This document shows, one piece after another, positions 41,441-52,955 of a stretch of 64,000 nt of DNA; positions within the stretch are counted from its first letter, which is position 1; the number at the start of each line of letters is the position of its first letter. The translations under genes were made by a program, and so were the position numbers. The stretch spans positions 30,772 to 94,771 of the IMG/VR virus record IMGVR_UViG_3300043425_001673; one strand, 5' to 3'. Below the pieces are notes generated by a model. It was not told where the DNA came from and searched no databases. It saw only the letters and a program-made list of their open reading frames with translations. Source of the stretch: a virus.

Positions 41441-43741
41441 ATGGTCAAGACCGCGACTCAGCTTCAGGACATTGATACAAGCCTCGAAACAAGACTTCCC
41501 GCGATTGTCCAGCTATCCAAAGTCGCGGCTCCCTTTACCACTGTTCAAAACCGTGCTCAGGTCACAAATTTCGCAGCCGATCTTCTGCCTCGCTTTGGTA
41601 TTGAGCGCTTCGCCGTTCAGGCTATTCAGGAAATCCAGGGCGAATATGGTCCGAACGGTGAGAGGGTATTTAAGCCGGTCAACGACATTCATGATGCCGT
41701 GCGGTTGGTAGGAACCTGGGTTCAAAACGCCAATATTTCAGGTCAATATATTGGTACAGGTGGAGCAGTTAACAATTCAGATTATATTGAAATTACCTTT
41801 TATGGGACAGGATTAAACCTGATTACCATTACTGGTAATACCAACCTCAGAACAGTTGCTGTATCTGTTGATGGTGGTTCTTCCTCTACAGTTCAGTGGG
41901 ATATCGCTACAAATTCTGCTATTAAAACCAACAGAAATTATAATGCGAATGATATTGTGTCGATGGTTCAAGGTCTTTCTGTTGGTTTGCACACCGTAAA
42001 AATCCAGCAAAACAACAACACAAACTTTTTTGTTGTAGGTTATGAAGTCGTAAATGCAAACTCCACACTTCAGCAGCTTCCTGGTTCTTCCTACGCTGGC
42101 GGCCAACGCCTCTATGCTTCAGCCCTAACAACATCAAGTCCGACATCAGGCTTCACGAATACCTATGGCACTCCCGGAACTCGCGGCGGTCATGTGCTTG
42201 TGTATCAGAAGTCAGATGGAACGATTGCCAAAGACATTCGATATACAGAAACGGCTGCAGCTTATCTGGCAAGTGCCAATCATGCGAATGAAGAAGTGAT
42301 CAGGATTCATCATTGGCGAGAGTTTGGTGCGGGAAGGACTGATGATTTTAGTAGTCTATTGAGCGGCGGTGCAAGCAAAGCATTTACTCTCGATGATGGA
42401 ACAACGACCTTGACCGGGGATACTGTCAGCACTCCTACAAACGAAGGTTTAGCCTGCGCAGGTTCAGGCAAATTCTGGACTTTGACTTTTGTTGGAACTG
42501 GACTCGATTTTATAAGAAGTGACACCAACACAATTGCTGTAGATCAGCATACGGTTTTTGTTGATGGTAGTTCTGTCGGAACGCTTACAGGTACAGGAGT
42601 AACGACTCAGCGAGTGCAAAAAATTTGCTCAGGTCTTCCCTACGGAACGCATACTGTGCGTTTAAACAGGGATGCTTTTGTTAATGCTGGTATTCTGGCT
42701 CATCAATTGATCATCTATGGTCCCAGGATTCCAGCCCTGCCGACAGGCGCTGTAGCCCTTGCTGATTATTTTGTTATGGCTGATTTTGCAGCAAATGTCA
42801 CAGCTGGTTTGGATAACCTTGCGACGGGAGTTTTAAGAAAAAATGCGACCAGGGAAATGATTTATGCGACTCCCAGTGGTTCTTATGCGGTAGGATTAGA
42901 TCCGACTTTATATGTCAGTGGGCAGCAAGTAACGATTGCAATTTCTGGCGCATCATTAAAATATACTTTTTTTGGAACTGGTTTTGAATTGCGAGGGAGA
43001 GCCAATACGGTTTTCACTGGAAACGCTACCTTAAGCATTGATGGTAATGCAAATTGGTCAAGTTTCAGTTCAAGTGCTTATGGTGGTTTTTCGATAGTAA
43101 ATTCAACAACAGGCCAGATAAGTCAAGCTGCATCCAATACTTTGGGATCGGGAATTCGTATATCTGGTCTGACATTAGGTCTTCACACGATTACCCTAAC
43201 CAACAATGCAGCATCATCTTATGTTATTGAAGCATTGGACGTTATCACTCCCATCCACGCTCCCAAGTTGAATGGTCCCTTTGTTGTCCAGAACACCTTG
43301 GCGATTGGATCATGTGCGGTAAGGGATTTGCGGAGTTTTGGTGAAAACCAGATCGTTCAACAGAAATCCTGTTCGCAGGCTATCGGTGTGACATCCGGGG
43401 TTAGTTCTGCATCAACAAGTTATGTGCCTATACCAGATTTATCCGTTTCTGTTGTCGTTCCAAAGTCAGCACTATATTTATTATCTTACAGTTACACGGC
43501 AACACCAACTGGCGCTAGTTCGAGTCAGACTAGCAAAATGTTTCTTAATGGTGCAGAAGTTGGTGTTGAAAAGAGATCCGATGCAGGAACTGCCACTAGT
43601 CCGCAGATTAGTACAGCCGACCAGTTTGTAGCCTTTTTGACTGCTGGCGTTCATAAGGTCGATGTTTATTGGAGAACGAACGGAACCGGAACAGCAACAT
43701 CCAATGGATTGGCAAGAAATTTGACTGTCCGTGAGTTGTGA
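41441..43741 (+). CDS. Tail fibre / receptor-binding-like protein (paralog of 1672..3990)
   Basis: Shared blocks GTRGGHVLVYQKSDGTIAK, REFGAGR.DDFS, FTLDDGTTTL, KICSGLPYGTH, DYF.MADFAAN and ITPIHAPK. Confidence 0.7.
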   Translation: MVKTATQLQDIDTSLETRLPAIVQLSKVAAPFTTVQNRAQVTNFAADLLPRFGIERFAVQAIQEIQGEYGPNGERVFKPVNDIHDAVRLVGTWVQNANISGQYIGTGGAVNNSDYIEITFYGTGLNLITITGNTNLRTVAVSVDGGSSSTVQWDIATNSAIKTNRNYNANDIVSMVQGLSVGLHTVKIQQNNNTNFFVVGYEVVNANSTLQQLPGSSYAGGQRLYASALTTSSPTSGFTNTYGTPGTRGGHVLVYQKSDGTIAKDIRYTETAAAYLASANHANEEVIRIHHWREFGAGRTDDFSSLLSGGASKAFTLDDGTTTLTGDTVSTPTNEGLACAGSGKFWTLTFVGTGLDFIRSDTNTIAVDQHTVFVDGSSVGTLTGTGVTTQRVQKICSGLPYGTHTVRLNRDAFVNAGILAHQLIIYGPRIPALPTGAVALADYFVMADFAANVTAGLDNLATGVLRKNATREMIYATPSGSYAVGLDPTLYVSGQQVTIAISGASLKYTFFGTGFELRGRANTVFTGNATLSIDGNANWSSFSSSAYGGFSIVNSTTGQISQAASNTLGSGIRISGLTLGLHTITLTNNAASSYVIEALDVITPIHAPKLNGPFVVQNTLAIGSCAVRDLRSFGENQIVQQKSCSQAIGVTSGVSSASTSYVPIPDLSVSVVVPKSALYLLSYSYTATPTGASSSQTSKMFLNGAEVGVEKRSDAGTATSPQISTADQFVAFLTAGVHKVDVYWRTNGTGTATSNGLARNLTVREL

Positions 43742-43746
43742 TATTG

Positions 43747-43764
43747 ACTGAATTCAAGTTCACT
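43747..43764. promoter_or_regulatory. 18-bp palindromic site, copy 5 (ACTGAATTCAAGTTCACT, reverse orientation)
   Basis: 5 nt after the stop of 41441..43741. Confidence 0.8.
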
Positions 43765-43788
43765 TTTTAAACCGGCAGGGAAGAAAAT

Positions 43789-44889
43789 ATGGCTTTGGCT
43801 CCACGAATAGACTCGATTCAGGCTGGCCAGAATTTGGCGATAAACGGGAACTTTGATTTCTTTCAGCGTGGTGTGGGACCAATCACAACAAATAACAATG
43901 TTTTGACTTTTTTGGCTGACAGGTTCAGAGTTCAAAATACACTGACAAGCAATGTGCAAATAGAGCGGTCAACAGATGTCCCTACCTTGGCCCAGTCTGG
44001 ATTTCAGTCACAATATAGTTTGAAATTAACCAACAGCGCCTCACCGAGTAGCCCAACCACAGGATATGTGAATGTGCGGTATGTTGTTGAGGGTTATGAT
44101 TATCAGCAATTGCATGGCAAACCTTTTCGAGTCCAGGTGTGGGTAAAGTCAAGTTTGGTTGGTACTTATAGTTTGTGTTTTAAAAACAATGCTGGCACTA
44201 GAAGTTATGTTTCAACTTGCACAATTTTTGCGGCTAACACCTGGGAAAAAAAGGTGGTCGATCTTACGGGTGATACAGCAGGAACTTGGTTATTTGATAA
44301 TAGCGCTGGTCTTCGTGTGCTTCTAAATCTTCAGACTCCATCATCAGCTGAAACATCATCACTCAATACTTGGCTTGAAGATGCTGGCAATGCCATTTTC
44401 GCATCCAGCACTCAGACTGATTGGGCTGCGACTGCCAGTGCAACATTCTTTATAGCGCAGGTTTCGATTATCCCTGGTTCATTTTCTTCTGATACTGATA
44501 TTCCATTCAAGAGAGCAGGCCGAACCATCTCTGATGAGTTGGCGATGTGTCAGCGGTATTATGAGAAGAGTTATGATATCGACACGGTTCCCGGCACTTC
44601 AACCGGGGTTGGTATATCTATGTTTAGATCTTCAACTGATGCTGGTGCTAACGGCGGTGGAACAATTTATTATAAAGCTATAAAGCGAAACATAGCGAAC
44701 GCGCCAATCTTTTATCGTCAAACAGGTGAGTTGGGTAATTGGAACTATGCGCAAAATGGTTCGAGTGGTTTTGCAACAATGTCAGCACAATTACAGGGAC
44801 AAACTTCAGTTTCTGTTTTTGGTGCTGGTGTAACAAATTGGGCACCCCTAACCATTTATGGCCATTGGACTGTTGATGCCGAACTTTAA
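43789..44889 (+). CDS. Tail fibre carbohydrate-binding-like protein
   Basis: NLAINGNFDFFQRG...DRF...ANTWEKK...ELAMCQRYYEKSY, a common phage fibre domain. Confidence 0.7.
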   Translation: MALAPRIDSIQAGQNLAINGNFDFFQRGVGPITTNNNVLTFLADRFRVQNTLTSNVQIERSTDVPTLAQSGFQSQYSLKLTNSASPSSPTTGYVNVRYVVEGYDYQQLHGKPFRVQVWVKSSLVGTYSLCFKNNAGTRSYVSTCTIFAANTWEKKVVDLTGDTAGTWLFDNSAGLRVLLNLQTPSSAETSSLNTWLEDAGNAIFASSTQTDWAATASATFFIAQVSIIPGSFSSDTDIPFKRAGRTISDELAMCQRYYEKSYDIDTVPGTSTGVGISMFRSSTDAGANGGGTIYYKAIKRNIANAPIFYRQTGELGNWNYAQNGSSGFATMSAQLQGQTSVSVFGAGVTNWAPLTIYGHWTVDAEL

Positions 44890-45440
44890 CCAACCAGCCT
44901 GAGCAGTGGTCTTTGCTTGATAAAAATTCTCAAGACAAACTGCTGCTCATCCTGAGTGACGAAGAGATATTGGATATAGATGTGTGAAGTTGTTTGATCG
45001 TGGACCATAATCCCTTGAACGATTTCAGTTTTATGCAGAGCCAGAATGAAAGCAAACTGGTCCATTTGAAAGTCTTCAAGGTTTATCTGATAGACCGTCT
45101 TGGAGCCTGAGAGATAAGGGACTATTTTGCCCTCGGCAATGGCTGAATCAAAATTGAATATTTGACGTTGAATCGGTGCGGTCTGGACCGGCTCATCTTC
45201 TTTTGGTTTGATGGTGTTGATGATGCGGTAAGCCAATCCAAAGAAAAGTCCCATGGCTGAAAGAATCAACATCATTCCAAGCATATCATCAATAGTGGTG
45301 AGGCACTGACTCATGCCAAAAAACACGGTGCCAGTTACCGCTATGACATATTGTTCAAAGACATTCATTTCATCAAGCCACATGGCATATACTCCTTGTT
45401 TTTTGTCCTACCAAACTCACCACACATAATACTTTTCGAC

Positions 45441-45477
45441 AAAAAAAGGGGAACCCTTAGTGCTAAAGGATTCCCCT
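45441..45477 (-). terminator. Rho-independent terminator (minus strand)
   Basis: A7 then GGGGAACCCTTAG-TG-CTAAAGGATTCCCC, downstream of 45516..46247(-). Confidence 0.65.
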
Positions 45478-46513
45478 GGAATATGCAGGAGATAGCGCGA
45501 TTTTTACCTCGCGTATCAAAAGGCCATGAATGCCAGTCTCATCTGTGTTTCGGCTACTTTCTTACGAAAATCTGTTATCTCTTGAAGAGTTACTTTCTGT
45601 ATGCCTCTGCCTGTGGTTGAAGCCAAATATTGCAGGCAGTCATTTTCGTTAATGGTGTCCGGCTTGATGTCCATGAACTGAATCATCAGATGTTCATAAC
45701 CAGTTGATAGCCAGTCTATGATGTCCTGTCTTTGAATCCCTGTAAAAGTTTTGAGAAGCCAATTTCTCTCTTCCTCATCACTCATCATTTGAATTCCCAT
45801 TTCATCAATCTGTGCAGCAAAGTTTGGGTTGGTCTTATACATGACCTTAAGGCTCAGTGATTCCAGGAGCAGCCTTTGCTTTTCCTCTTCCTCATTCCAT
45901 TCAAAGCATGGATTGGAAAGCGGGGAGTCCGGTTCCCTTTTGATTGAATGTGGCTGTTTTTCGATTCTGTCGATAGCCCTTGCTAGGATTTTGGTTTTCT
46001 CCCGCCAGGGAAGTTCGTTGCCCGAGAATTTGAAAAACATTGATCCATCGGGAAGGAGTTCTATCATCTTTTCAACTGGAACTTCTGAGTAACTGCGATA
46101 CCCATCAAAGACCGTTACAAGCGTTCCTCGCGGCTGATTCTCTGCAAACCTTTGGTAGGCTGCTTCCAGCATTTCGATTTGTTCGTTATTGCCATTCATC
46201 GCGGCTCTAAAGCCTTCAAAAAATCCCATAATCTCATCCTTAATCATGTCGTTTTGAAAAAGTATTCACATTCTTTTTCAAACCGTATCAACATAAAAAC
46301 AATATCATCTTCACAGTTTTTTCCTGAATATTCCGTTGTGACTTCCATCGCTGTTCTGAACCCGGCATAAAAGGCTTTCTTCATTTCCATTGCTTGGATA
46401 GGGTGACAGCCCTTTGGCAAAATGATTTTTGCAAACTCCTGCCATATCTTTCCAAGCGTTATCTCATCAATGGGAACTGTCTCTGCCAGCTTTTCAATAT
46501 TCATTGCTTTCCC

Positions 46514-47296
46514 TTACCAATAATGAGCGATTGGTTTTAACTCATCAGAGCATGCAAGCGCATTCAAAAAGAGTGCATTGGCGAATATTCCGATGAATCT
46601 CACATTCTTCACTCCCAGGTTTTCAACATCACATAGTTCCGGGCTTTCTATGGATCTATGATTACGGCAGGCCAGCGGTCTTACCGGGTATATCGAGCAG
46701 AGGTTGTCAGGCTGAAGAAAGGGACAGGCTTTCTCGGAATAGACAGAATGATCCCATGCGCTTCCCTTGTCATTTTTTTGCCATGACTTATGAAGCTTCA
46801 TGCGTTCCATATTCAGATAGGTGTCGGGGTTTTTCCGAAGGTATTCCTTGATAAGGAGCGCTTCCCCATTGGTCATAAGCACCTGCTGATAGCAGCAGAA
46901 TGCACATGCTTTTCTGCAGGTTGATTTTTCCCTTGAGTCCTCGGTTAGATCGTATTGCAGATTGTGATAGTCAACGACAAGACTTGCTATGAACTTTGTG
47001 ACCTTAACCTTTGGCTTGCCTTTAACCCAGTTCGTGATCTTTTGCAAAAGGACAAGAAGTCTCATTTGCTCCCAGTGCGGTATAGGCAGAATGAAAGAGC
47101 CAAAGTTCTCAGAGACGAAAATTTCAGGATCTTCACTCAGAACCTTGGCCGCCATGGTTTTTAATTCCTGCTCTGTAACTTCCTTTGTGAGGATATTATT
47201 TATTTCATTTTTCCATTGTTTTATGACGTTGATGTCAAGCATCAGCGATTCGTCGATATCGAATCCGAACAGGGCTTCAGTCATCACTTCAGTCAT
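46514..47296 (-). CDS. YkgJ/CxxCxxCC family Zn/Fe-S cluster protein
   Basis: CRKACAFCC, CPFL and CSIYPVRPLACR. Confidence 0.85.
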   Translation of the reverse strand: MTEVMTEALFGFDIDESLMLDINVIKQWKNEINNILTKEVTEQELKTMAAKVLSEDPEIFVSENFGSFILPIPHWEQMRLLVLLQKITNWVKGKPKVKVTKFIASLVVDYHNLQYDLTEDSREKSTCRKACAFCCYQQVLMTNGEALLIKEYLRKNPDTYLNMERMKLHKSWQKNDKGSAWDHSVYSEKACPFLQPDNLCSIYPVRPLACRNHRSIESPELCDVENLGVKNVRFIGIFANALFLNALACSDELKPIAHYW

Positions 47297-49834
47297 TGCT
47301 CAGACCTCTTCATTGAATACACCGTTCTTGACCAGTTTGCTTTGCCCGAGAACCTTAAGGATTTCTTCCATGGTGCATATCACTTCCAGTTTTTCACCAT
47401 CCTTGAAAACCAGCATCATGCTGTTTTTGGTTTTTTGAAGGAAGTATTTTATCTCAGACAACGGAACGCAGATTCGTCCCATCCCGGCATCATTCCCTTC
47501 CTTGATTTTCCTGCCTATTGTGTCAATGTTCTGTGCGGTAACTTGAATTTCCAGGTGCGTGTGACTCAGCTGAAAAACGATATAGACGTTATCAATCGGC
47601 GCTGGGGGGAAGAACATCTGTCTGATCCTTTGTCATGGTTGGGAGTGTTACGTTTTGAGGTTCGGCTGGACTCTTGTTGCCGTTGTTGTCATACAGGCTA
47701 TATTGGGAAAGGTCTGGTTTAGGCCAAATGGTTTTTGTCTCAGCCCTATAGCCCTGCCTTACTCTCACGTCCCTTTCATCAATCCAAAGAACCGTCTTCC
47801 ATGGAAAGCGAAAGATCAGATCATCTATTCCTGCAATCCTACTGGCCTCGGTGAGCAAAGGGCATGGATCGTAGTCGGTAGCAACGATTACCATTCTTTG
47901 TTTTTTGCTTTCCTCGGCAATCAAAGTTTTGAGCGTTGCTTTGAATATTCCCAGCTGTTCGGCAGTCAGTCTTGGAACTTTCTGGCTTGCATCATTGGCC
48001 ATAATCGTTCCATAGCCTGCTGGATCACCGCTATCGTGTACGACAGGCGCGGTGATAACATTCGTCCACCATTCGGCTGCAGCTTCGATTGCTTCGGCTG
48101 GTAATTCTCTATCCATGTTTTTCATACGGCTTCCTTTGGAGGCAAAAGTTTTTTGAGTTCGGTCACGACTTCAATCCAGTCGATATCCTTATCCTGGATT
48201 TGCTTCAGCAGCGGGTGTCCTTTGGATTCAATGCGTTCGTTCTTCCATAGGGCTTTAAGGTTCCCAATGGCTTCCTTCATCGGATCTTCGGCAATCTTTA
48301 AGGCATAGCCTTCAAGATCGGGTTCACTGCAGATATAGACAAAGCATCGCCTTGTCGCTACCGATCGCCAGACTTTTTTAAGTTCCACTTTCTTCCTTCC
48401 TCTGCTCTTTAATTGTCACTTCAACTTCAACGAGTGGATCATCAAACTTCGCTTTCATCGAAAGCCAGTCCGAATTGATATTTTCCTGTCGCAAATATCG
48501 CAGGCGCTTCCAGGAGCCGTGAGAGATTCTTTTCGAGGATGTATTCTTCAGACAGTCTTAGCTCTGTCTCAGGAATGATGGATTCATTCTGCCGGGTGTA
48601 GAAATGAAGAAATCCATTGTCCCAGCTTTGCAGTGTGCTGTGGATGGTCTTGAGTGTATTTCTGTCCTGACTAAACTCCTGCCATTCCGCACTTGCTGGC
48701 TTACCATTTATGAAATGAATGAAGATTTGGCATTTATCGACAAGACATGGGGATGATGGTTTTCTGAGAGCGATGCAAAGCTTTTGGATGTCGTTGATAA
48801 ATCCTTTAGGTTCATCCTCTGACCAGTGACATTTTCCACAGAATCTTCCCTTGCAATATTGACCGCATCCCTCACAGTGACTCTGCATATCTTCCAAGGC
48901 CGCTTCTTTATAGTGGAGTTCGCCAAGCATGCAGAACTGAAGGACGGTCGGATCAATTATTTTTCCAGAAGGATCAACCAGCCATGCATGAGGGTATTGT
49001 TTTGGAAAGTCCGGGTGAGCGTTGTCAGGGTTCTGAAAGCTGAACACATAGCCTTTTTTGAGTGTAAGTTCGGGAAAGTCTCTTTTCATGGCAGTTACGA
49101 ACTCGACACACTTATTCCATTGGCTGTGCGCGTCCTGGGGGAATATGATTTGCATATATCTGATGTAGTGCTCGGTAATCACAATTCATCCTCTTATTTT
49201 TTGATCGTTATGGAACTTCAAGATTTTGTAGTGCGGTTTGACCGGCAAGCCATGCTTTTTCAGATAGGGGATGATTGATAATCATTTCCAGTGCCTCTAT
49301 TGCATCAAGGAACTTTGAGAGTGTTTCGCTTTGAACCTCATGTATTGAGACTGTGACTCCCTGATTTCTGTCTATCATTTTTCTAATGGCTTCACCTGAT
49401 ACCAGTTCCTTGCGGTATAGCTCATGGAGTTTCATGGGTTTGAACCTGTCAAACTTGGGTTTGATTTTTGATAAAGCAGGGGTTTTTATCATGGGGGTAT
49501 GGTATTATCAATCAAGAGAAAGTGGGGAATTGTAATAGGTGCGGTTTGGTTTAGGTGCTATTCTGATTGAGAGTCAAAAGATCCAACCAAGTCAACCATT
49601 CAATATAACCTCACGATATCATTAAAGAATAAAGCGCTATGGATGATGATTCACTCATGCCATAGTGATCGTTTTTTCTCTAATGTAAAAGAATTCTGCA
49701 CATTTTCCCTGAAATTCCCAGCCATTATCATTCTCAACTCAGCCGCTCCCGCAGCCAATGAATCGTTAGATTTATGCTCTTGCCAGAAAATTTTTCTTGC
49801 CTGATAACGGTCCTTCATTAAGAGGACAGTTCAA

Positions 49835-50383
49835 ATGGGCTTTACCGCACGTCAATTGGAAATGGTTGAGATATTGAAATCTGGCGTGGCTTTTTTGGAG
49901 TCACAGCCGAAAAAGGAAAAATACATCCTTCGGGATATCCTTGCTGCGGCTGGCGATGATTTTTCGCCGAATGCCATTTATGCGCTGATCAAACAGTTGA
50001 ATAAGAAAAAAGCAAAAATCGAACTGACAGAGTTGAAGTCGATATTTGATCGGCTTGGTGTTCACGTTGGACCTTTGGATGAGGCTATCGAGCGGCTTGA
50101 AGCTGAGAGAGCCGCGCCTGTGATAAAGATTGATCCAGGCGCACCGGAAGGCGATTGGACAGTGGAAGAGGAAGTTTTGATCCTTGATACCGAACCGATG
50201 AAGGTGGAAGTTCAAAGTGAGAAGCGAACGCTTCCAGAGCCAAGTCCGGCACCTTCAGCGCCAACATTTGAAAGTGAGATAGAGAGTCTGTCTGCTGTTC
50301 TGAGGACTCTTGCACCATTGACACGGACAATGCGTATGAACGTTCTTGCGGCTGCAGAAAGTTTTTATGGCATCGGTCATTGA
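49835..50383 (+). CDS. Putative DNA-binding protein with LexA-like N-terminal domain
   Basis: FTARQLE...SPNA...L.KK..IE resembles LexA LTARQQE...SPNA...L.RKG.IE; GAGG RBS; first gene after the divergent intergenic region. Confidence 0.4.
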   Translation: MGFTARQLEMVEILKSGVAFLESQPKKEKYILRDILAAAGDDFSPNAIYALIKQLNKKKAKIELTELKSIFDRLGVHVGPLDEAIERLEAERAAPVIKIDPGAPEGDWTVEEEVLILDTEPMKVEVQSEKRTLPEPSPAPSAPTFESEIESLSAVLRTLAPLTRTMRMNVLAAAESFYGIGH

Positions 50384-50866
50384 AATTTTATAGTCTCAGC
50401 CTTGTCAAAGACTTCATAAACTTAACTGGCCGGTTCACGCAAGGGTGTTGGCCAACATCCAGTGTGTCATGCAATAGGGAATGGGACGAAAGTCTGATTC
50501 ACATATTCTTGAAGAGTGAAGTCTTTGGCACAAAATTCACTACAAAAAAATCCCCCTACAATATGGACCGAGTATGAAAACTGAGATTATGCAGTTTGAT
50601 GAGTATTACATGCGCGTGTTGCTTAACTGTGCTTTGGGCATGATCAATGATGTGAGTTTCGGTGATATGTTTCTTGCTGTTGAAACGAACAGCGAGTTTA
50701 TTCAAAGCCAGGAATTTGAAGTCTCTGCTGAGCAGATAGCGGCTGTTGTTTATGTGCTTGTTGAACAGCTTGTTCAGGGTGACAGGTCTGGCATCAAGGA
50801 AGTCCTCGATACCTTGCAGCGAATCAGGACCATGGAATTGAAAAAAGAGATTACGGGAGTCAGGTT

Positions 50867-51142
50867 TTGAGTCAAACCATTTGCTGGCAGTGCGGTGTTA
50901 AAAAGCCTGATCCGTCGATGAAGTATTGCAGTCCTGTGTGTGATGAGTTGGCTTCGGGCAAGGATATCTGGCGTCATTACAAAGGCCAGTTCTATCGGGT
51001 AATCACTGTTGCAAGGCTTGAGTCTGATCCTAATGTCCAGATGGTTGTTTATTGCAGCTTCAATAGAACCAGCACATGGGTTAGACCACTGAATGAGTTT
51101 ATGAAAAAGTTCACAGCTGAATATTCGAGAAGAAGCGTATGA
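50867..51142 (+). CDS. DUF1653-family protein with N-terminal zinc ribbon
   Basis: CWQC...CSPVC; WRHYKG..Y.VI, MVVY and WVRPL.EF. Confidence 0.8.
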   Translation: MSQTICWQCGVKKPDPSMKYCSPVCDELASGKDIWRHYKGQFYRVITVARLESDPNVQMVVYCSFNRTSTWVRPLNEFMKKFTAEYSRRSV

Positions 51143-52658
51143 GCATGGTTTTGATGTATGTGAGAGTTGGCCAGGGAAATCCAGGTGCCTTGACTGTATT
51201 GAGAAAGCTAAGTGAAAACCATAGTGATGATTGGATGCGAAAGCTTTGCAGTGCAATGATAGAGACAGTCAGCAGTGGTTATTGTCTGTGGCTGATCTTC
51301 AAGGATGAATGCGACTACGACATCCACAAAACGCATGCGATGCTTGAAAAGTGGATGAATGAGGGGAAGTACGGTCTTAACGAATGGATCAAGACCAATT
51401 GCCCAGATTCAGCAAAATATGTCATTGATTGAAGAAATCAATGCAGAACTGGCCGTCATGATTCCTTATCAGGCAAGGCATCGAAAAATACAGCCTGTAT
51501 CAGCATTCACCAAAAGTGAAGATTGGTATTCGTATCTAATAAATGATTGGATAGTGAATGAATCTGATTCAGAGGTGCTGATGAATCTTTTGATTAAGAT
51601 CCACTTTGATCCAAAGCTTTTTGTGGGTTTTGTTGTGCATGGTTTTGATTTTTGGGAGCGAAATTTTCGATGAAACTCAATTTCACTGAGTTGAATGGCA
51701 AGACCAATGTCAATGCTCCCATCAGGATCAAGGAATTTGATGCGCCTGAGCGTGAAGTTTTTACTGTGTTGACTGATGGTTTTGAACTTTATACCGAAGG
51801 TGAATTGACTGGCAGGCATCGCTTTGTTCTCTGCATAGGGACCTGGACCGCCTATGAGGTTCACACTCAGGATGGACAGAAAAATGTGATCGTTGAAAAG
51901 GCTTGGTGAAAACAGATGGATATGCTTGAGCAGATAAAAAATATAAGGGAAGCAATCCAGAAGATGAGTGATGATGAGTTATTGGATCTTATTAGTGAAG
52001 TCAATCCAGAATCAGCCAAAAGGTTTGCAAAGCTTGAGCGATGGATACTAGGCAACAGTGGGGACCTGAAACAGGTTGAGAAAGAGCATTTGCAGGCTGT
52101 GGCTCGTATGGAGCACTCAATTTTTGTTGGATGGGAGGATAAAAAGAAATGAAACCGCAAGTTCGCCTGATTGGCAAGCCTGTTTCTTGTGAATACAAAA
52201 AGGAGTAAATGATGTGTTGCAAAAAACCAATGTGCTGGTGCGGTGATCCTCATCCAGAAGATCAGCATAAAAATCTTATTGAGAAACAAAAGAAGAAAAA
52301 ATGAAGGTTCTTTCCTCACATCTTGCCATGCGCTTCTATCGCAATTGCGGGTGGACAGAGTCCCTGCTTGAGTCATGCCTGATGCCGGACTCAAAGCTTT
52401 TATTTCGTGATGATCATGTTGCTGATTTTGATTTGGCCTATTGGGTTCTAAAGGTTCATTCGCATTTTGATCTTGAGAAGCTTAAACCGCACATTACGGA
52501 AATTCGGGATTACAAAGGTGCGGTGGTTCCTGAGAATGAATGGGATGCTTTTCTGAAGGAATTCAATTGGTAGGCAGAACTTTGTTGGTTGGGGTTCACA
52601 GTGATTAGCTTTTATGGCATAATCAGCTATCATGCAAACAAACAACAAAGGTTCCAAA

Positions 52659-52931
52659 ATGAAAAAGATTTTACTGATTGCGATTTTTTTGACTGGCTCC
52701 ATTCCAGCCATTGAAGCCAATGCGCTTCCTCGCGGTCCTTTGGCTGCTCTTGGTCAAGGCCAAGGTCAAGGTCCATTGGCTCGGGTTCGTCAGCGTCTTC
52801 AGAACATTCGCACACGCATCCAGGAACGCAGGGCTGCACGCGCTGCTGCTGCTCAACAGGCCGCTGCTGCTCAGCAAGCCGCCGCTGCTCAGCAAGCCGC
52901 CGCTGCTCAGCAAGCCGCCGCTGCTCAGTAA
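52659..52931 (+). CDS. Secreted low-complexity peptide with (AAAAQQ)n tail
   Basis: Signal peptide MKKILLIAIFL...ANA, Arg-rich helix and Ala/Gln repeats. Confidence 0.6.
   Translation: MKKILLIAIFLTGSIPAIEANALPRGPLAALGQGQGQGPLARVRQRLQNIRTRIQERRAARAAAAQQAAAAQQAAAAQQAAAAQQAAAAQ
52842..52928 (+). repeat. 18-nt tandem repeat (GCCGCCGCTGCTCAGCAA, about 4.8 copies)
   Basis: Directly visible; units 3 and 4 are identical. Confidence 0.95.
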
Positions 52932-52955
52932 GGAAAATTGAGAAATTAAGGATAT

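Larger units (their letters stand above)
44886..49492 (-). other. Minus-strand block of nine small hypothetical genes
   Basis: Abutting ORFs 44886-45383, 45516-46247, 46244-46504, 46514-47296, 47300-47617, 47592-48125, 48122-48388, 48442-49182 and 49208-49492. Confidence 0.7.

Noticed and set aside
43789-44889. Diversity-generating retroelement target among the fibre genes
   Set aside because: No reverse transcriptase and no adenine-specific TR/VR repeat pair is visible in the window.
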